The notes under the pieces: generated by a model
Databases searched by the model: none
Seen by the model: the letters and a program-made list of their open reading frames with translations, nothing else
What the model was told of the DNA's origin: nothing
IMG/VR virus record: IMGVR_UViG_3300032288_005579
From: a virus
Length of the DNA stretch: 64,000 nucleotides
Reading direction: 5' to 3' (one strand)
Translations under genes and position numbers: made by a program
Shown: positions 42,724 through 53,016 of the stretch, piece by piece
Layout of the letters: every line of letters starts with the position of its first letter
Numbering within the stretch: the stretch's first letter is position 1

Positions 42724-45102
42724 ATGGGAATATTTCAAAAATACATACAGGGAGATAAAACAAAATTAGGTGTACCGCCGAGTACGACTTCCCCGTCGTA
42801 CGAACCCAAAGAGCTCAAAGATTGGAAAACCGATCTTAGGTATTTAAGGTTCGAACTAGACAGAAAAGACGGGGCGTCTTCCAACCAACCGTACGCCCAG
42901 TTCCCTGTACCTGGACCCTATCCGACTAAACTCAATAAAATTCCCACGATCAGTTTGACTGGGGCTACCACATATCTTGATCAAGTCAATCAAAACACTT
43001 TTTTAAGCGGATACAGGTCCAATTTTAACTTAAGAAAAACTTTCATAGACCTATACAACGCCAACGCTGGTCCTGACTTTCCGATTAGGGGAGGGGGAAG
43101 TTACGACGTAGGCGCTCAATTTACGACGCTGTCGGGTCAAATAGACAGACAAAGAATATCTAGCTTCCTCTATGATTTGAATTCTCCAAAGGGAAAGTTA
43201 TTCATAGACAAGCAGAAGAAACTACAGTTCTCAAACCCGAACATAGAGACAGGCGAGGGCATAGTCATACCCCCGTCAAGTCAGGACAAGACTAGTTTAA
43301 AAAGCCGTTTAGGCGCTCTATTGAACAACGGAGATTTTCCAGCTTTCCAAAAAAACACTAGAGTTTACAACGAAAATAACACGCTGCTTCAAGTCGCGGG
43401 AATGGGAACCGGGCAACACGCTCTTAGAGCGGGATTTTCTCCATTCGATTTGGGACAGGACTTCTACGAGAAGACCGTGGGAATGCAACTTTTCATGGAT
43501 CTTAAAACGGCTGTGTCATCGAATAGACTGACAGTGTTGTACCAATACAAACTCGCTAACGGTAATCCGATAGTAAGCACATCGAGTCAAGACGGATTAA
43601 AATCCTCCTCAAAATCGTTATCTACAGTAAATAAACTGGGAATATCGATGAACAATCTGATACTCTTCGATTATCCAGGAGGTCCCAATTCCGCTTACGG
43701 CATAGGTTTTACTACCATTAGACGTTTTACGAATACGAGTCCCGTGTTTGATAAACCTAACGGAGAAACCACATTCGTAGGAACACCAGTTACTAGAGTT
43801 AGAACGGGTTTGGCCATGAGTTACGAAGCGATATCAAAACAAACTATAAACTCTACAAATTCTCCGGGTCTTCCTAGAGTCACTGATATACAAGATTTTA
43901 AGGAAGCTCAAGATCCTATTTATAAAATCAGGGATAGGGAAACTCTGTATTACGGGCCTGGTCAAACGGACAATATCGGAGAAAACGAAGCCGTAGAATT
44001 AAAGTCAGGAGATAATCCATGGGTAAATACGGAAGATGCAGCCAGCGGCACAGTTACTCGTAAGAAAGCTGCAAACGATCAAATAAAGTTCGGATTTGAA
44101 TGCATAAATTACGATGGAAAGAATAATATATTTTTACAATTCAGAGCATTTTTAACAAACGGATTACAAGACAACCATCAAGCTTCATGGAGCAATTTCA
44201 AATACTCGGGTAGGGGCGAAGATTTTTATACGTACAACGGTTTTAGTAGGAACGTAACTTTCGGTTTTAAAGTTTTAGTAGAAAACCCAGAATACCTATT
44301 GACTACCTACAGAAAATTAAACTACCTTGTTTCGCAGGTGTATCCAGACTACTCGCCTACTACGAACATTATGAGAGCTCCAATAGTTAGATTGACCGTA
44401 GGAGATTACCTATACAGAGTACCTGGAATAATGACTAACGTGAACATAACGGTGGATCAAGCCGCAAGTTGGACAAACCCAGGAATAGATCCAGGCATAA
44501 TTGATAGGTGGGAAAATGAAGAGGGCAATAAAACATACCAATACGAATCAGCTGCTCAGATGCCCCAATACGTGAGCGTTCAGATCACATTCAATCCTAT
44601 ACTCGATGTAATTCCTCAAAGATCTAAACCTGGTCAATTGACGCCTTTATTTATGAATATAGGTGAAGGTTACGATAAAAAGGAATTGACTCCTAAAAGT
44701 TCTAATAGTTCTGAGGAGACTGTAAATTGGCAAGATCGCAAGGGAGATTTGACAGGTCAAGAGCAATTGGATATATTGCAGGGCGTTAAAAGGGATAGAA
44801 GACGAGCTAAACGCGTAGAAAATCGCGCTGATGCCCAAGCAAATAGACAACAAAGAAGATCTGAGAGAGCTGGTAGAAGAGACAATAGAGAAGATGATCG
44901 TCTAATGGGAAATAGCGTACTTAGTCAAGAGGATGCTGACAAGCGAATAAAGCTAGGAGAAAGACTACTAAATGCTCAGATTAGAAAAACAAAGAAATTC
45001 CAAGATCGACAAGATAAAAAATTGTTCAAAAGTCTAAAATCAGACGACAAAATAATTACTCCCGATCAAGGATACAAACCTTGGATGTATCAAAATTATT
45101 AA
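42724..45102 (+). CDS. Baseplate/tail-tube initiator-like protein
   Basis: C-terminal half LQFRAFL, W.NFKYSGRGE.FYTYNGFSRNV.FGF and APIVRLTVGD resembles tube-initiator folds. Follows the tape measure. Confidence 0.6.
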   Translation: MGIFQKYIQGDKTKLGVPPSTTSPSYEPKELKDWKTDLRYLRFELDRKDGASSNQPYAQFPVPGPYPTKLNKIPTISLTGATTYLDQVNQNTFLSGYRSNFNLRKTFIDLYNANAGPDFPIRGGGSYDVGAQFTTLSGQIDRQRISSFLYDLNSPKGKLFIDKQKKLQFSNPNIETGEGIVIPPSSQDKTSLKSRLGALLNNGDFPAFQKNTRVYNENNTLLQVAGMGTGQHALRAGFSPFDLGQDFYEKTVGMQLFMDLKTAVSSNRLTVLYQYKLANGNPIVSTSSQDGLKSSSKSLSTVNKLGISMNNLILFDYPGGPNSAYGIGFTTIRRFTNTSPVFDKPNGETTFVGTPVTRVRTGLAMSYEAISKQTINSTNSPGLPRVTDIQDFKEAQDPIYKIRDRETLYYGPGQTDNIGENEAVELKSGDNPWVNTEDAASGTVTRKKAANDQIKFGFECINYDGKNNIFLQFRAFLTNGLQDNHQASWSNFKYSGRGEDFYTYNGFSRNVTFGFKVLVENPEYLLTTYRKLNYLVSQVYPDYSPTTNIMRAPIVRLTVGDYLYRVPGIMTNVNITVDQAASWTNPGIDPGIIDRWENEEGNKTYQYESAAQMPQYVSVQITFNPILDVIPQRSKPGQLTPLFMNIGEGYDKKELTPKSSNSSEETVNWQDRKGDLTGQEQLDILQGVKRDRRRAKRVENRADAQANRQQRRSERAGRRDNREDDRLMGNSVLSQEDADKRIKLGERLLNAQIRKTKKFQDRQDKKLFKSLKSDDKIITPDQGYKPWMYQNY

Positions 45103-45114
45103 CAAATCATACAG

Positions 45115-45438
45115 ATGCCGTATAGATACGATATATCACCTATAAAAAAGATAACCGATTCCACGTCTAAGAATTTTGGGGAGAGGTACTACGCGAACAA
45201 CGTGTACCCCGACATACCGCTTAGCGACGGAGATGTGTACGTCGTGACGACTTACGGAGATCGTTTGGATCTCCTTGCTCACGACTACTACGGAGATTCT
45301 TCGATGTGGTGGATAATAGCTTCGGCGAATTCCCTCCCCGGGGATTCTATGTATCCCCCGATGGGAGAACAGATAAGGATACCTGCGAGTCCTATGCAAG
45401 ATTACATGTCGTACAAAGAGTTCAACATAAGAAGGTAA
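45115..45438 (+). CDS. LysM-like baseplate protein (gp53/gpX-like)
   Basis: YVVTTYGDRLDLLAHDYYGDSSMWWIIASAN...GEQIRIP. Confidence 0.8.
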   Translation: MPYRYDISPIKKITDSTSKNFGERYYANNVYPDIPLSDGDVYVVTTYGDRLDLLAHDYYGDSSMWWIIASANSLPGDSMYPPMGEQIRIPASPMQDYMSYKEFNIRR

Positions 45439-45442
45439 AACT

Positions 45443-48400
45443 GTGGCGTACATACAATTAGAAAACATACTTGGGGTACCTATAGAAATTTTCGTAAGGA
45501 ACCAAATTAGGAATAGGAGCAGCAGGATCTCATCAACTAATTCTAATTGGAACGAAGACGATACCATAAAATATAAGGCCAACCGAACCGGATGGGTGAG
45601 GCTAGTTTCTGGGGTCGACGTCAACGAAGAGAATCTCATGAAAACGTATGGTCTCTCAGATCCAAGCGATTTAGCCAAGAGTTTCGTTCTCATGGGAGGA
45701 ACTTCTAAATATAAGACAAGGACAGTTAAACCATATAAATACGATCCCGATAGTTCAGAAGAATACAATCTTAAGTGGCAAGCAGAAGCTCCTGAGATAA
45801 CTGAGTTTGACGGGTATTCCCTAAGATCGGGTTTTCAAGACACATACAACCTTTTCGGAGCAGACGAACTCAACAGTTTCGGTTACAGACCCATGCCCGG
45901 TATAAAGTCTGTGAAGATAACTACAGCTGGTAAATTGGGATCCATAAAAACTGCGAACATCTCATTCACTGTCAACAGTAAGTCCCAGCTCGACGTCATA
46001 GACATATTGTATTTCAAATTGGGATACATGATGTTCTTGGAGTGGGGAAACACAATGTACGTGGACACTAAAGGTGTTGTAAAATCCTCTGAAGAGTACA
46101 GCATAGATCCGTTCGAAGTCGGAATGGACAAAGACAGGTTGAGAGCGAAGATACTAAAATCCATTAAAGAGTCTGACGGAAATTACGACGCCATGATAGG
46201 CATAGTCACGAACTTCAACTTCTCTTTCAAGGACGGATCCTACAGCTGCGAATTGTCCCTCATGGGACTCGGTGTTTTGGCGGAGTCCATGAGGATGAAC
46301 AACACCGCTACGCAGTACCCCGAATTGCTTCGAAACACGATAAAAGATTTAGTGAATCTCAGAAACGCAGAAATAGAAGAGACAAAAAGGAAAGCTAGAG
46401 AGAAAGCCTTAAAACAATTGAACGCGCAATTCGCGGTTGAAGGAACTCCTATAAAAGCGAGTCAATTAGCCCAACCTGAAAATGCTTCGAAGTTCGGATT
46501 CACGGTCTTGTACACTTTCAATAATTCGAATGAAAATCGGCTCCTAGCTAAGGATTACTATTTTAAAGATGCAGGTGGAAATGATTTTTTGATAATAAAT
46601 CAATTTCAAACAGGAGACGATTCAAAAGCCATATCAGGAAAAGCTCAAATGAGACTTAACACGATAACAAACACGTACGAATACTCTGATGCGGCTGAAA
46701 ACTATAAAGTACAAATATCTTCTGATAAAATAGATAAAGTATTTAAAATATATGACTCTTCGTACAACGCAGCAGATATAAAAGCTGTCGCAGCCGAATC
46801 TTTAGATTACACAAATATAGAAATTAGCGTCAAAGAGGGAGGTTTACAATTTCCAATTTGGTATGGAAAAGACAATCCAAACTATTCAGCAATTCCAAAA
46901 AAATACGATGGAAGTTCTGCGCGCATAAAAAACGATTACACGGAAAAGTTTGAATTTTTTGCAGCTGGAAATGGTGATAAGTGGTGGTACTATCATTATT
47001 TAACCAAGGCGAATATACGATTTACTTTGGGAAGTATAGACATCAAAGTATCAAATTTTCCTATAAGACTCACAGAAACCTCAGAAGGCATAGTTGAAGC
47101 AGGAATTAATCGAAGAGTTAGATTCGAGGAAGGAAAATTGTATGACTTCACGTCAGATTTTAATAAATTACGAGACTTGATGCTCATAATATTTAGTAGA
47201 GTAAAATATACAGAATCGACAAAATTTGGATTTGAAATAAGCCGAGGAAGTGCAAGCGATATCATACAATATTCCTGTCAATTCTCCGTAAACATATCTG
47301 ATTTCCAAGACATTCTTAATACTGGGATAGAAGGTCCTATATACACAAATTCTAGTTTAAACAGTCCTGAAGATAATTCTCCTCTTTATAGAAGAGATAA
47401 AGCACCGGAAGCTTATGGACAAATAAAATTAGAAATACAAAATTTACTATTAAATGAAACTTTCAATTTTTCAATAACAGCATCTACTACTGACAGCGCT
47501 TTCTTGCAAAATCTAAATATTGTAAACGGTATTACTTTATCTCCATCAAAAAAAATAAGGATATTCTCTGATGCAGGTACATTTACAACTGATTCTGATG
47601 CGGCAAGACAGGCAGAAGAAGAAGCCATAGACGAATTGGGAGACAAAGGTAAAAAATTGGATGCTAATGAAGTCCAGAGTTACGAAGCTTCCCGTTATTC
47701 TTCTTATCTACAATTGATGTTAAGGGGAGTACAACTCTACAGTTACGCTAAAGTAAGTAAAAAAGGACAAAGGTCGACGCTTAAACAAACTGCAAATCTA
47801 GCAGAGTACATAACCAACTTTATAAATCCTTCACCTACTCAAGGCAACAAATCCTCATCTGAGGATAAAAACTTCATAGACAATTTATTTGAGAACGGCG
47901 CTTTGAAAGTGTTAAAAAATGAAAATTACAATATAGGAAAATTCGTAAACGATACGTTACCTGAGAAAATCGATTTCGAAAACAACAGATATTACACAGA
48001 ATTGTCCTACGGTTTTGCAAGAATGATCATGAGATCCGAGGATCCATTGCTTTTGATTACTAAAGGCAAGCCAAAAGAAGAGGACGCAACAAACACGAAT
48101 AACGAGAATAAAAAAACAGAGCAATCTGAAGAAAACAAAGAGACCAAATTTATTCAGGGTCCCGTAAAGTTTGAAGATCTTATGGTCTCTTATGTCGTCC
48201 CTTACAACCAAGTTTCTCAAGACGCTTCAGCTACAGCAGAATTAAATTATCCCTGTTACATACCGCTCGGGTTTCTATTCATGATGTTCAACCACGTTAG
48301 TTTGCTGTACGAAAACGATAGTAAGAAAGGAGAAAAAGATAAAAATAGGCCTTTAGTTTACATAGATTTCAATCCCGACAGCAATCTTTGTTTAAGAAGC

Positions 48401-50323
48401 GGACAAACGCTAACGATAGATCCCTACAAATTTCTAGTGCCGTATCATGGAACATCTGAGCAATTTCAACAACTTTTTGACGACAACGTAAAGAAAGACG
48501 CAAAGACTTTAAAATCTCCTAAAGATACAAGCGCAAGAATTAAAGGAGCGGAAAACATTTGGGATCCCTCAAAACAAGACGGAATTTCTAAGTATTTACC
48601 GTCTTTTATAACTGACGATGCCGGTTACGGAGTGTACAAAGGGAAGTTAATGAACGTGCTTGTAAACGTATCGTACGTGCTTAGCATGATAGAAAACAAA
48701 ATACAAGCCGACGAATCCAATAGCTTGCTTCTGAAACCGACTTTGGAAGATTTGGTCATAGATCTCAATAGGTGTTTGGGAAGTTTTAACTATTTACGGG
48801 TAGGATACGATCAAGAAGCCAACGTATTTTACATAACAGACGATCAAAGCGTTCCTAGCGTGAATATGGTAGATAGACAAAAGTCAAACGGAGGGAAATA
48901 CGATTTGCCGCTTTACGGAAAAAATAGCATAGCGGAATCTTTCGATTTTAAAACAGAGTACGGTACTAAGTTAGCTAACCTACTCGCTATAGCGGCGAAT
49001 TCTGATACGGGAGGAGAAGAAGGATCTTCGACAGCGGGAAAAGAAGTCAGCACAATAGCCAAAGCAAACAAGGGACTTGTAAATAGGTACGCGCCTGTCA
49101 TAGGAGCCGTTAACGAACCAAAACCCAAAGAAAATAAAGATCAAAAAGACGCTGCTGAATCCACGTCTAAATCTCAAGAACCAAACGATACAACGAAATT
49201 GGCGGCTCTGCAATTCAACAACGCGATAAAAAGTTTTTACTCTGAGTTAAATAACAGTTCCCAAGACAAAGTCAATCTTTGTACGAACTACTATTTAGAC
49301 AGATTGACTAAAACAAAAACAAAAGATCCGTCTACGAACTCTTCGGCGATGATTCCGTTGACTCTAAACTTTACCACAGACGGAATTTCAGGATTATACA
49401 TGGGCAACGCTTTCACCGTTAGCGAAGATATTTTGCCTTACAGTTTCAATAGAACAATAAAATCAACCGATGCAAACGGAGACGGAGAAGTCACTACTAG
49501 AACTCTCGGATTCATTATCACCGGATTGGATCACAGCATAGAGAACAATCGATGGAAGACGAGCGTCAAAGCGAACATGTACTATTTAAAATCTTTGACA
49601 GATTACAGCGCTGAAACTAGGAATTTATCACAGGATACGGGTGGTATAACTGTAGATCAAAAAGCTCTGGCTGAGGCTAAAAAAGCGCAAATACCCGAGG
49701 GTGAAACTCCAATGAGTACAGATAATTTTGGAATAGGTAAAAAGTATCACTCAAATTATGAGTTTAAACGTGGTACTTCAAACATCGATTTGTCTAAGAT
49801 GGGTCTTAGTGCTTTATCAGATAGCGAAATAAACGATGTTACAAACGAAAATAGATTTAATTTCGGGACAATACCCAGTCCAGTACAATACTTTGTTGTT
49901 CACCACACAGCCGGATGTCAAGCTTGCGGATATCAAGGAACAGTAAAAACGTTCTACGATAGAGGGTTACCAGTTCAATACATAATAGATAGAGACGGAT
50001 CGATATACAGATTCTTGCCGGATGGAGCTAAGGGACAGCACACGTACCCAGGTAAAGTTAACGGAAAAACCATAAGTAATTCAAATTCTATAGGAGCTGA
50101 ATTGGTGTCTGCACTTGATAATGCAGATGCTAGCATAACAGACGCTCAAGTAAACTCTGCTATTAAGCTTATACACTGGTTGGGTATATCAAAAGAAAAC
50201 GTGTTTGGTCACGGAGAGGTGCAAACTACAGAGAATCTAAGAGCCGGCGGTTTCGACACTTCGTTCACTAAAGAGCCAAATGAAGGCGGTAAAGTGTGTA
50301 CAAAAATAAGAACGCAGGGATAA
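45443..50323 (+). CDS. Large baseplate hub protein with a C-terminal Amidase_2-type peptidoglycan hydrolase
   Basis: N-terminal GWVRLVSGV and RPMPGIKSV hub-like region. C-terminal YFVVHHTAG, VQYIIDRDG.I, NSNSIGAEL and VFGHGEV. Confidence 0.75.
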   Translation: MAYIQLENILGVPIEIFVRNQIRNRSSRISSTNSNWNEDDTIKYKANRTGWVRLVSGVDVNEENLMKTYGLSDPSDLAKSFVLMGGTSKYKTRTVKPYKYDPDSSEEYNLKWQAEAPEITEFDGYSLRSGFQDTYNLFGADELNSFGYRPMPGIKSVKITTAGKLGSIKTANISFTVNSKSQLDVIDILYFKLGYMMFLEWGNTMYVDTKGVVKSSEEYSIDPFEVGMDKDRLRAKILKSIKESDGNYDAMIGIVTNFNFSFKDGSYSCELSLMGLGVLAESMRMNNTATQYPELLRNTIKDLVNLRNAEIEETKRKAREKALKQLNAQFAVEGTPIKASQLAQPENASKFGFTVLYTFNNSNENRLLAKDYYFKDAGGNDFLIINQFQTGDDSKAISGKAQMRLNTITNTYEYSDAAENYKVQISSDKIDKVFKIYDSSYNAADIKAVAAESLDYTNIEISVKEGGLQFPIWYGKDNPNYSAIPKKYDGSSARIKNDYTEKFEFFAAGNGDKWWYYHYLTKANIRFTLGSIDIKVSNFPIRLTETSEGIVEAGINRRVRFEEGKLYDFTSDFNKLRDLMLIIFSRVKYTESTKFGFEISRGSASDIIQYSCQFSVNISDFQDILNTGIEGPIYTNSSLNSPEDNSPLYRRDKAPEAYGQIKLEIQNLLLNETFNFSITASTTDSAFLQNLNIVNGITLSPSKKIRIFSDAGTFTTDSDAARQAEEEAIDELGDKGKKLDANEVQSYEASRYSSYLQLMLRGVQLYSYAKVSKKGQRSTLKQTANLAEYITNFINPSPTQGNKSSSEDKNFIDNLFENGALKVLKNENYNIGKFVNDTLPEKIDFENNRYYTELSYGFARMIMRSEDPLLLITKGKPKEEDATNTNNENKKTEQSEENKETKFIQGPVKFEDLMVSYVVPYNQVSQDASATAELNYPCYIPLGFLFMMFNHVSLLYENDSKKGEKDKNRPLVYIDFNPDSNLCLRSGQTLTIDPYKFLVPYHGTSEQFQQLFDDNVKKDAKTLKSPKDTSARIKGAENIWDPSKQDGISKYLPSFITDDAGYGVYKGKLMNVLVNVSYVLSMIENKIQADESNSLLLKPTLEDLVIDLNRCLGSFNYLRVGYDQEANVFYITDDQSVPSVNMVDRQKSNGGKYDLPLYGKNSIAESFDFKTEYGTKLANLLAIAANSDTGGEEGSSTAGKEVSTIAKANKGLVNRYAPVIGAVNEPKPKENKDQKDAAESTSKSQEPNDTTKLAALQFNNAIKSFYSELNNSSQDKVNLCTNYYLDRLTKTKTKDPSTNSSAMIPLTLNFTTDGISGLYMGNAFTVSEDILPYSFNRTIKSTDANGDGEVTTRTLGFIITGLDHSIENNRWKTSVKANMYYLKSLTDYSAETRNLSQDTGGITVDQKALAEAKKAQIPEGETPMSTDNFGIGKKYHSNYEFKRGTSNIDLSKMGLSALSDSEINDVTNENRFNFGTIPSPVQYFVVHHTAGCQACGYQGTVKTFYDRGLPVQYIIDRDGSIYRFLPDGAKGQHTYPGKVNGKTISNSNSIGAELVSALDNADASITDAQVNSAIKLIHWLGISKENVFGHGEVQTTENLRAGGFDTSFTKEPNEGGKVCTKIRTQG

Positions 50324-51154
50324 ATGAGATACTATCCATCATTCGCGGTAAAAATCAATTTAGTAGCAAACGGAGATTTGCAACTAGACGGAAAACCTTA
50401 TTCTGGATACTACTACGAAACATTCGACGGGGAAGTATTCTCAGGTCCAAATCCAGTCATAGGACCGGGAGAAAAATTGTCAAGATCTCAAATCGTAGAA
50501 GGACCAGACCACAGCTCCACACTATCTTATTTTAATCCGTTTACATATAGCACTACCGGAAAAGATTTTACCCTTGACGGAAAACCTTACAGTGGTCCGT
50601 ATTTCATAGATTCCGCTGGAGATTACAGAACTCCTCCAGACGCACAACCTCCTCAAAATGCGAATAGACGCCTTGAATCCACGGGAGAGGGTATAAAAGT
50701 AAATAAAAGCGCAGCGCCAGGAATAAGGAGCACTAACCAAAATTTATTCGAACCCACGCCCTACTATCCTTTTCCACTGGAATCTGATTACAGTGTGGGA
50801 TACATAACGAGGTATTTTGTGAAGCGAGTGAACGATCGAGGATACGTGGTAGAGATATCCCCCGATGAATACGCTGCCATACAAAACGGATCAGTGAGAT
50901 ACGACGTTTCATTCTACACATCAGCAAAAATACTGTGGAGAATAAGAGGCGCAGAGAAGAGCGAGAGATTGTCGCAATACGACTTCAGAGAAAGCGTAGA
51001 GGACACGAACAAAAGATTGGTCGAGAAATTAGACACGACTTTCCTCGGTATAAAAGCGTTCATAGGAGGAGATTACAAGAAGTTCTACAGACCTGACACA
51101 GTTGTAAATTTCCCGACTGGAAGTTCCGCTTCTACGAAATTTATTTATACATAA
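50324..51154 (+). CDS. Hypothetical protein, probably virion-associated
   Basis: Starts immediately after the hub stop. LDGKPYSG occurs twice. Confidence 0.65.
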   Translation: MRYYPSFAVKINLVANGDLQLDGKPYSGYYYETFDGEVFSGPNPVIGPGEKLSRSQIVEGPDHSSTLSYFNPFTYSTTGKDFTLDGKPYSGPYFIDSAGDYRTPPDAQPPQNANRRLESTGEGIKVNKSAAPGIRSTNQNLFEPTPYYPFPLESDYSVGYITRYFVKRVNDRGYVVEISPDEYAAIQNGSVRYDVSFYTSAKILWRIRGAEKSERLSQYDFRESVEDTNKRLVEKLDTTFLGIKAFIGGDYKKFYRPDTVVNFPTGSSASTKFIYT

Positions 51155-51167
51155 CCCAACAGATAGA

Positions 51168-51197
51168 TTTACATTTAGAGAACGAATTGGTTATGTT
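51168..51197 (+). promoter_or_regulatory. Putative early/middle promoter TTTACA-N18-TATGTT
   Basis: Upstream of the mini-PolA gene. The same -35 hexamer occurs at two other replication-module sites. Confidence 0.55.
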
Positions 51198-51215
51198 GCA
51201 ACAAAGGTTTTGACA

Positions 51216-52502
51216 ATGCACTTCTTAGTAGAAAACAAACAACAGTTCGACAGGCTCTCTCCGCAGAGCGAATGCTTTGTACAAGTAGTTCCAAGCAGTT
51301 ACTCTTACCACCCAAAATTGGTGGATGTGTGTTTAGTGTACTATCGCAACATAGAAAAGGGTTACATATTCGCTATAAAGCACAGCGAAACAGCCGGCGT
51401 AGACACTGATCTCGTAGTTCAGTTTTTGAAGAAACACGACCGGGTTTTTGTGCTCGATAGAAAATTTCACTCTTACTTCTTGGATCCAAAAAATTTGGTG
51501 GACATTAAGTTCGAAACTCCTGAATCTGACTCTAAATCCCAGCTTAGAACATCCATACAGTTAGACTACGAGAAAAGATTTTCTGATAAAGAGAATTGCA
51601 ACGAACTCATACCTGTCACCAAGCATTACGAGCACTTAGAAAACGTTTACGATTATTACAAGAATTATTTCTTTAATTGCGGAGATCATTCGTCAATAAA
51701 TAAAGTAGTCGATGCTTACTTTTACGTGGAGAACAGTAGGGTTGGTGTTAAGGACTGTTTCTTTGATGAATTTACTGTGCACAATAAAAAACACTCGTAC
51801 GAAGACGGTGGAGTGTACACGCACTACAACATGTATAACCAAACAGGTCGACCGACGAATACGTTCAACGGAGTAAATTTTTTGGCTATACCCAAAGAAG
51901 ACCATTATAGGACATGTATAATTCCTAAAGCTGATTATTTAGTAGAATACGATTTTGACGGTTATCACATAAGACTCATAGCTAATGAACTTGGCGTTGA
52001 GCTACCAAAGACCTCCATTCACGAGCATCTAGGAAAGCAATACTTCCAAAAGCAAGAGCTCACAGAGGAGGAATACAAACAATCCAAAACCATAACCTTC
52101 AGACAACTTTACGGTGGAGTCATGGAGGAATATAGGCACATAGAGTTGTTTTCTAAGATGGAAAGCATGATAGATTCGCTCTGGAAACAATACAATTCGA
52201 ACAAAGTATTACGTCTTCCTACAGGAATTTATCTGTTCTACGACGTTACCATGACTCCTTACAAGGTCTTCAACTATTACGTACAGAACCTAGAAACTAA
52301 AAACAATTCTGAGAAGATCCTTGCCGTTAAAGAGCTTTTAAAGGGAAAAGGCACAGAATTGGTACTAATAACGTACGATGCATTCCTGTTTGACTTCTCA
52401 GTGTCAGACGGTAAGGAGCTTCTGTGTTCCATAAAGGAAACCCTAGAGTCCGGGGGCTTCCCAGTTAAACACAAATACGGTAAGGACTATATTTTACAGT
52501 GA
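51216..52502 (+). CDS. Miniature, divergent family A DNA polymerase-like protein
   Basis: YNMYNQTGRPTN (TxTGRL-like), motif A EYDFDGYHIRL, motif B KTITFRQLYG and motif C ITYDAFLFD. ATG 51216 or TTG 51210. Confidence 0.75.
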   Translation: MHFLVENKQQFDRLSPQSECFVQVVPSSYSYHPKLVDVCLVYYRNIEKGYIFAIKHSETAGVDTDLVVQFLKKHDRVFVLDRKFHSYFLDPKNLVDIKFETPESDSKSQLRTSIQLDYEKRFSDKENCNELIPVTKHYEHLENVYDYYKNYFFNCGDHSSINKVVDAYFYVENSRVGVKDCFFDEFTVHNKKHSYEDGGVYTHYNMYNQTGRPTNTFNGVNFLAIPKEDHYRTCIIPKADYLVEYDFDGYHIRLIANELGVELPKTSIHEHLGKQYFQKQELTEEEYKQSKTITFRQLYGGVMEEYRHIELFSKMESMIDSLWKQYNSNKVLRLPTGIYLFYDVTMTPYKVFNYYVQNLETKNNSEKILAVKELLKGKGTELVLITYDAFLFDFSVSDGKELLCSIKETLESGGFPVKHKYGKDYILQ

Positions 52503-52511
52503 AAACAAACA

Positions 52512-52519
52512 TATTTATA
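52512..52519 (+). promoter_or_regulatory. TATTTATA motif
   Basis: 4 nt upstream of ATG 52524. Confidence 0.6.
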
Positions 52520-52523
52520 GCTA

Positions 52524-52955
52524 ATGGTTGCAGAATTTGAAAACATAGAACTTACAAAAGAAATGCTAAAAAATAAGCTACTCTGTACTTTTACTACAGA
52601 AGACAATCTAGAGGAGCTACTAGAGAACATAAGTAGAGAGTACAAAATACTCTACAACAAGATATTTGTGCTCTCCTCCCCGGATTCAAAGGAATTGATC
52701 TGTACCTACAACATAGATACAGAAGAGACACTTCCTAGAATAATGAAAAACACCATACTGGTTCACAGAAAAAAGGACACTAATACGCTGTACACCATAA
52801 ATTCTTTAAACGCGCTTATACTCGAGCTGAACAACGGCGTATTGGACACTAAATTCCCCATCACGTGGGAAAACTACAGAAACTCCATCTTATTGGTACA
52901 AGACACAAAATTCAGGAAGCTAAATACAGAAGTAAAGAAAATCGTGAACTTGTAA
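52524..52955 (+). CDS. Hypothetical protein
   Basis: 143-aa globular ORF (NKLLCTF, CTYNID, VHRKKDTNTLYTINSLN) with no function recognised. Confidence 0.75.
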   Translation: MVAEFENIELTKEMLKNKLLCTFTTEDNLEELLENISREYKILYNKIFVLSSPDSKELICTYNIDTEETLPRIMKNTILVHRKKDTNTLYTINSLNALILELNNGVLDTKFPITWENYRNSILLVQDTKFRKLNTEVKKIVNL

Positions 52956-52962
52956 AATAAAC

Positions 52963-52991
52963 TTTACAAATCTCGCTTAATCAGTTATATT
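52963..52991 (+). promoter_or_regulatory. Putative early/middle promoter TTTACA-N17-TATATT
   Basis: Canonical 17-nt spacer, upstream of the SSB gene. Confidence 0.7.
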
Positions 52992-53016
52992 CACTAAAAT
53001 AAAACACGTTACAACT

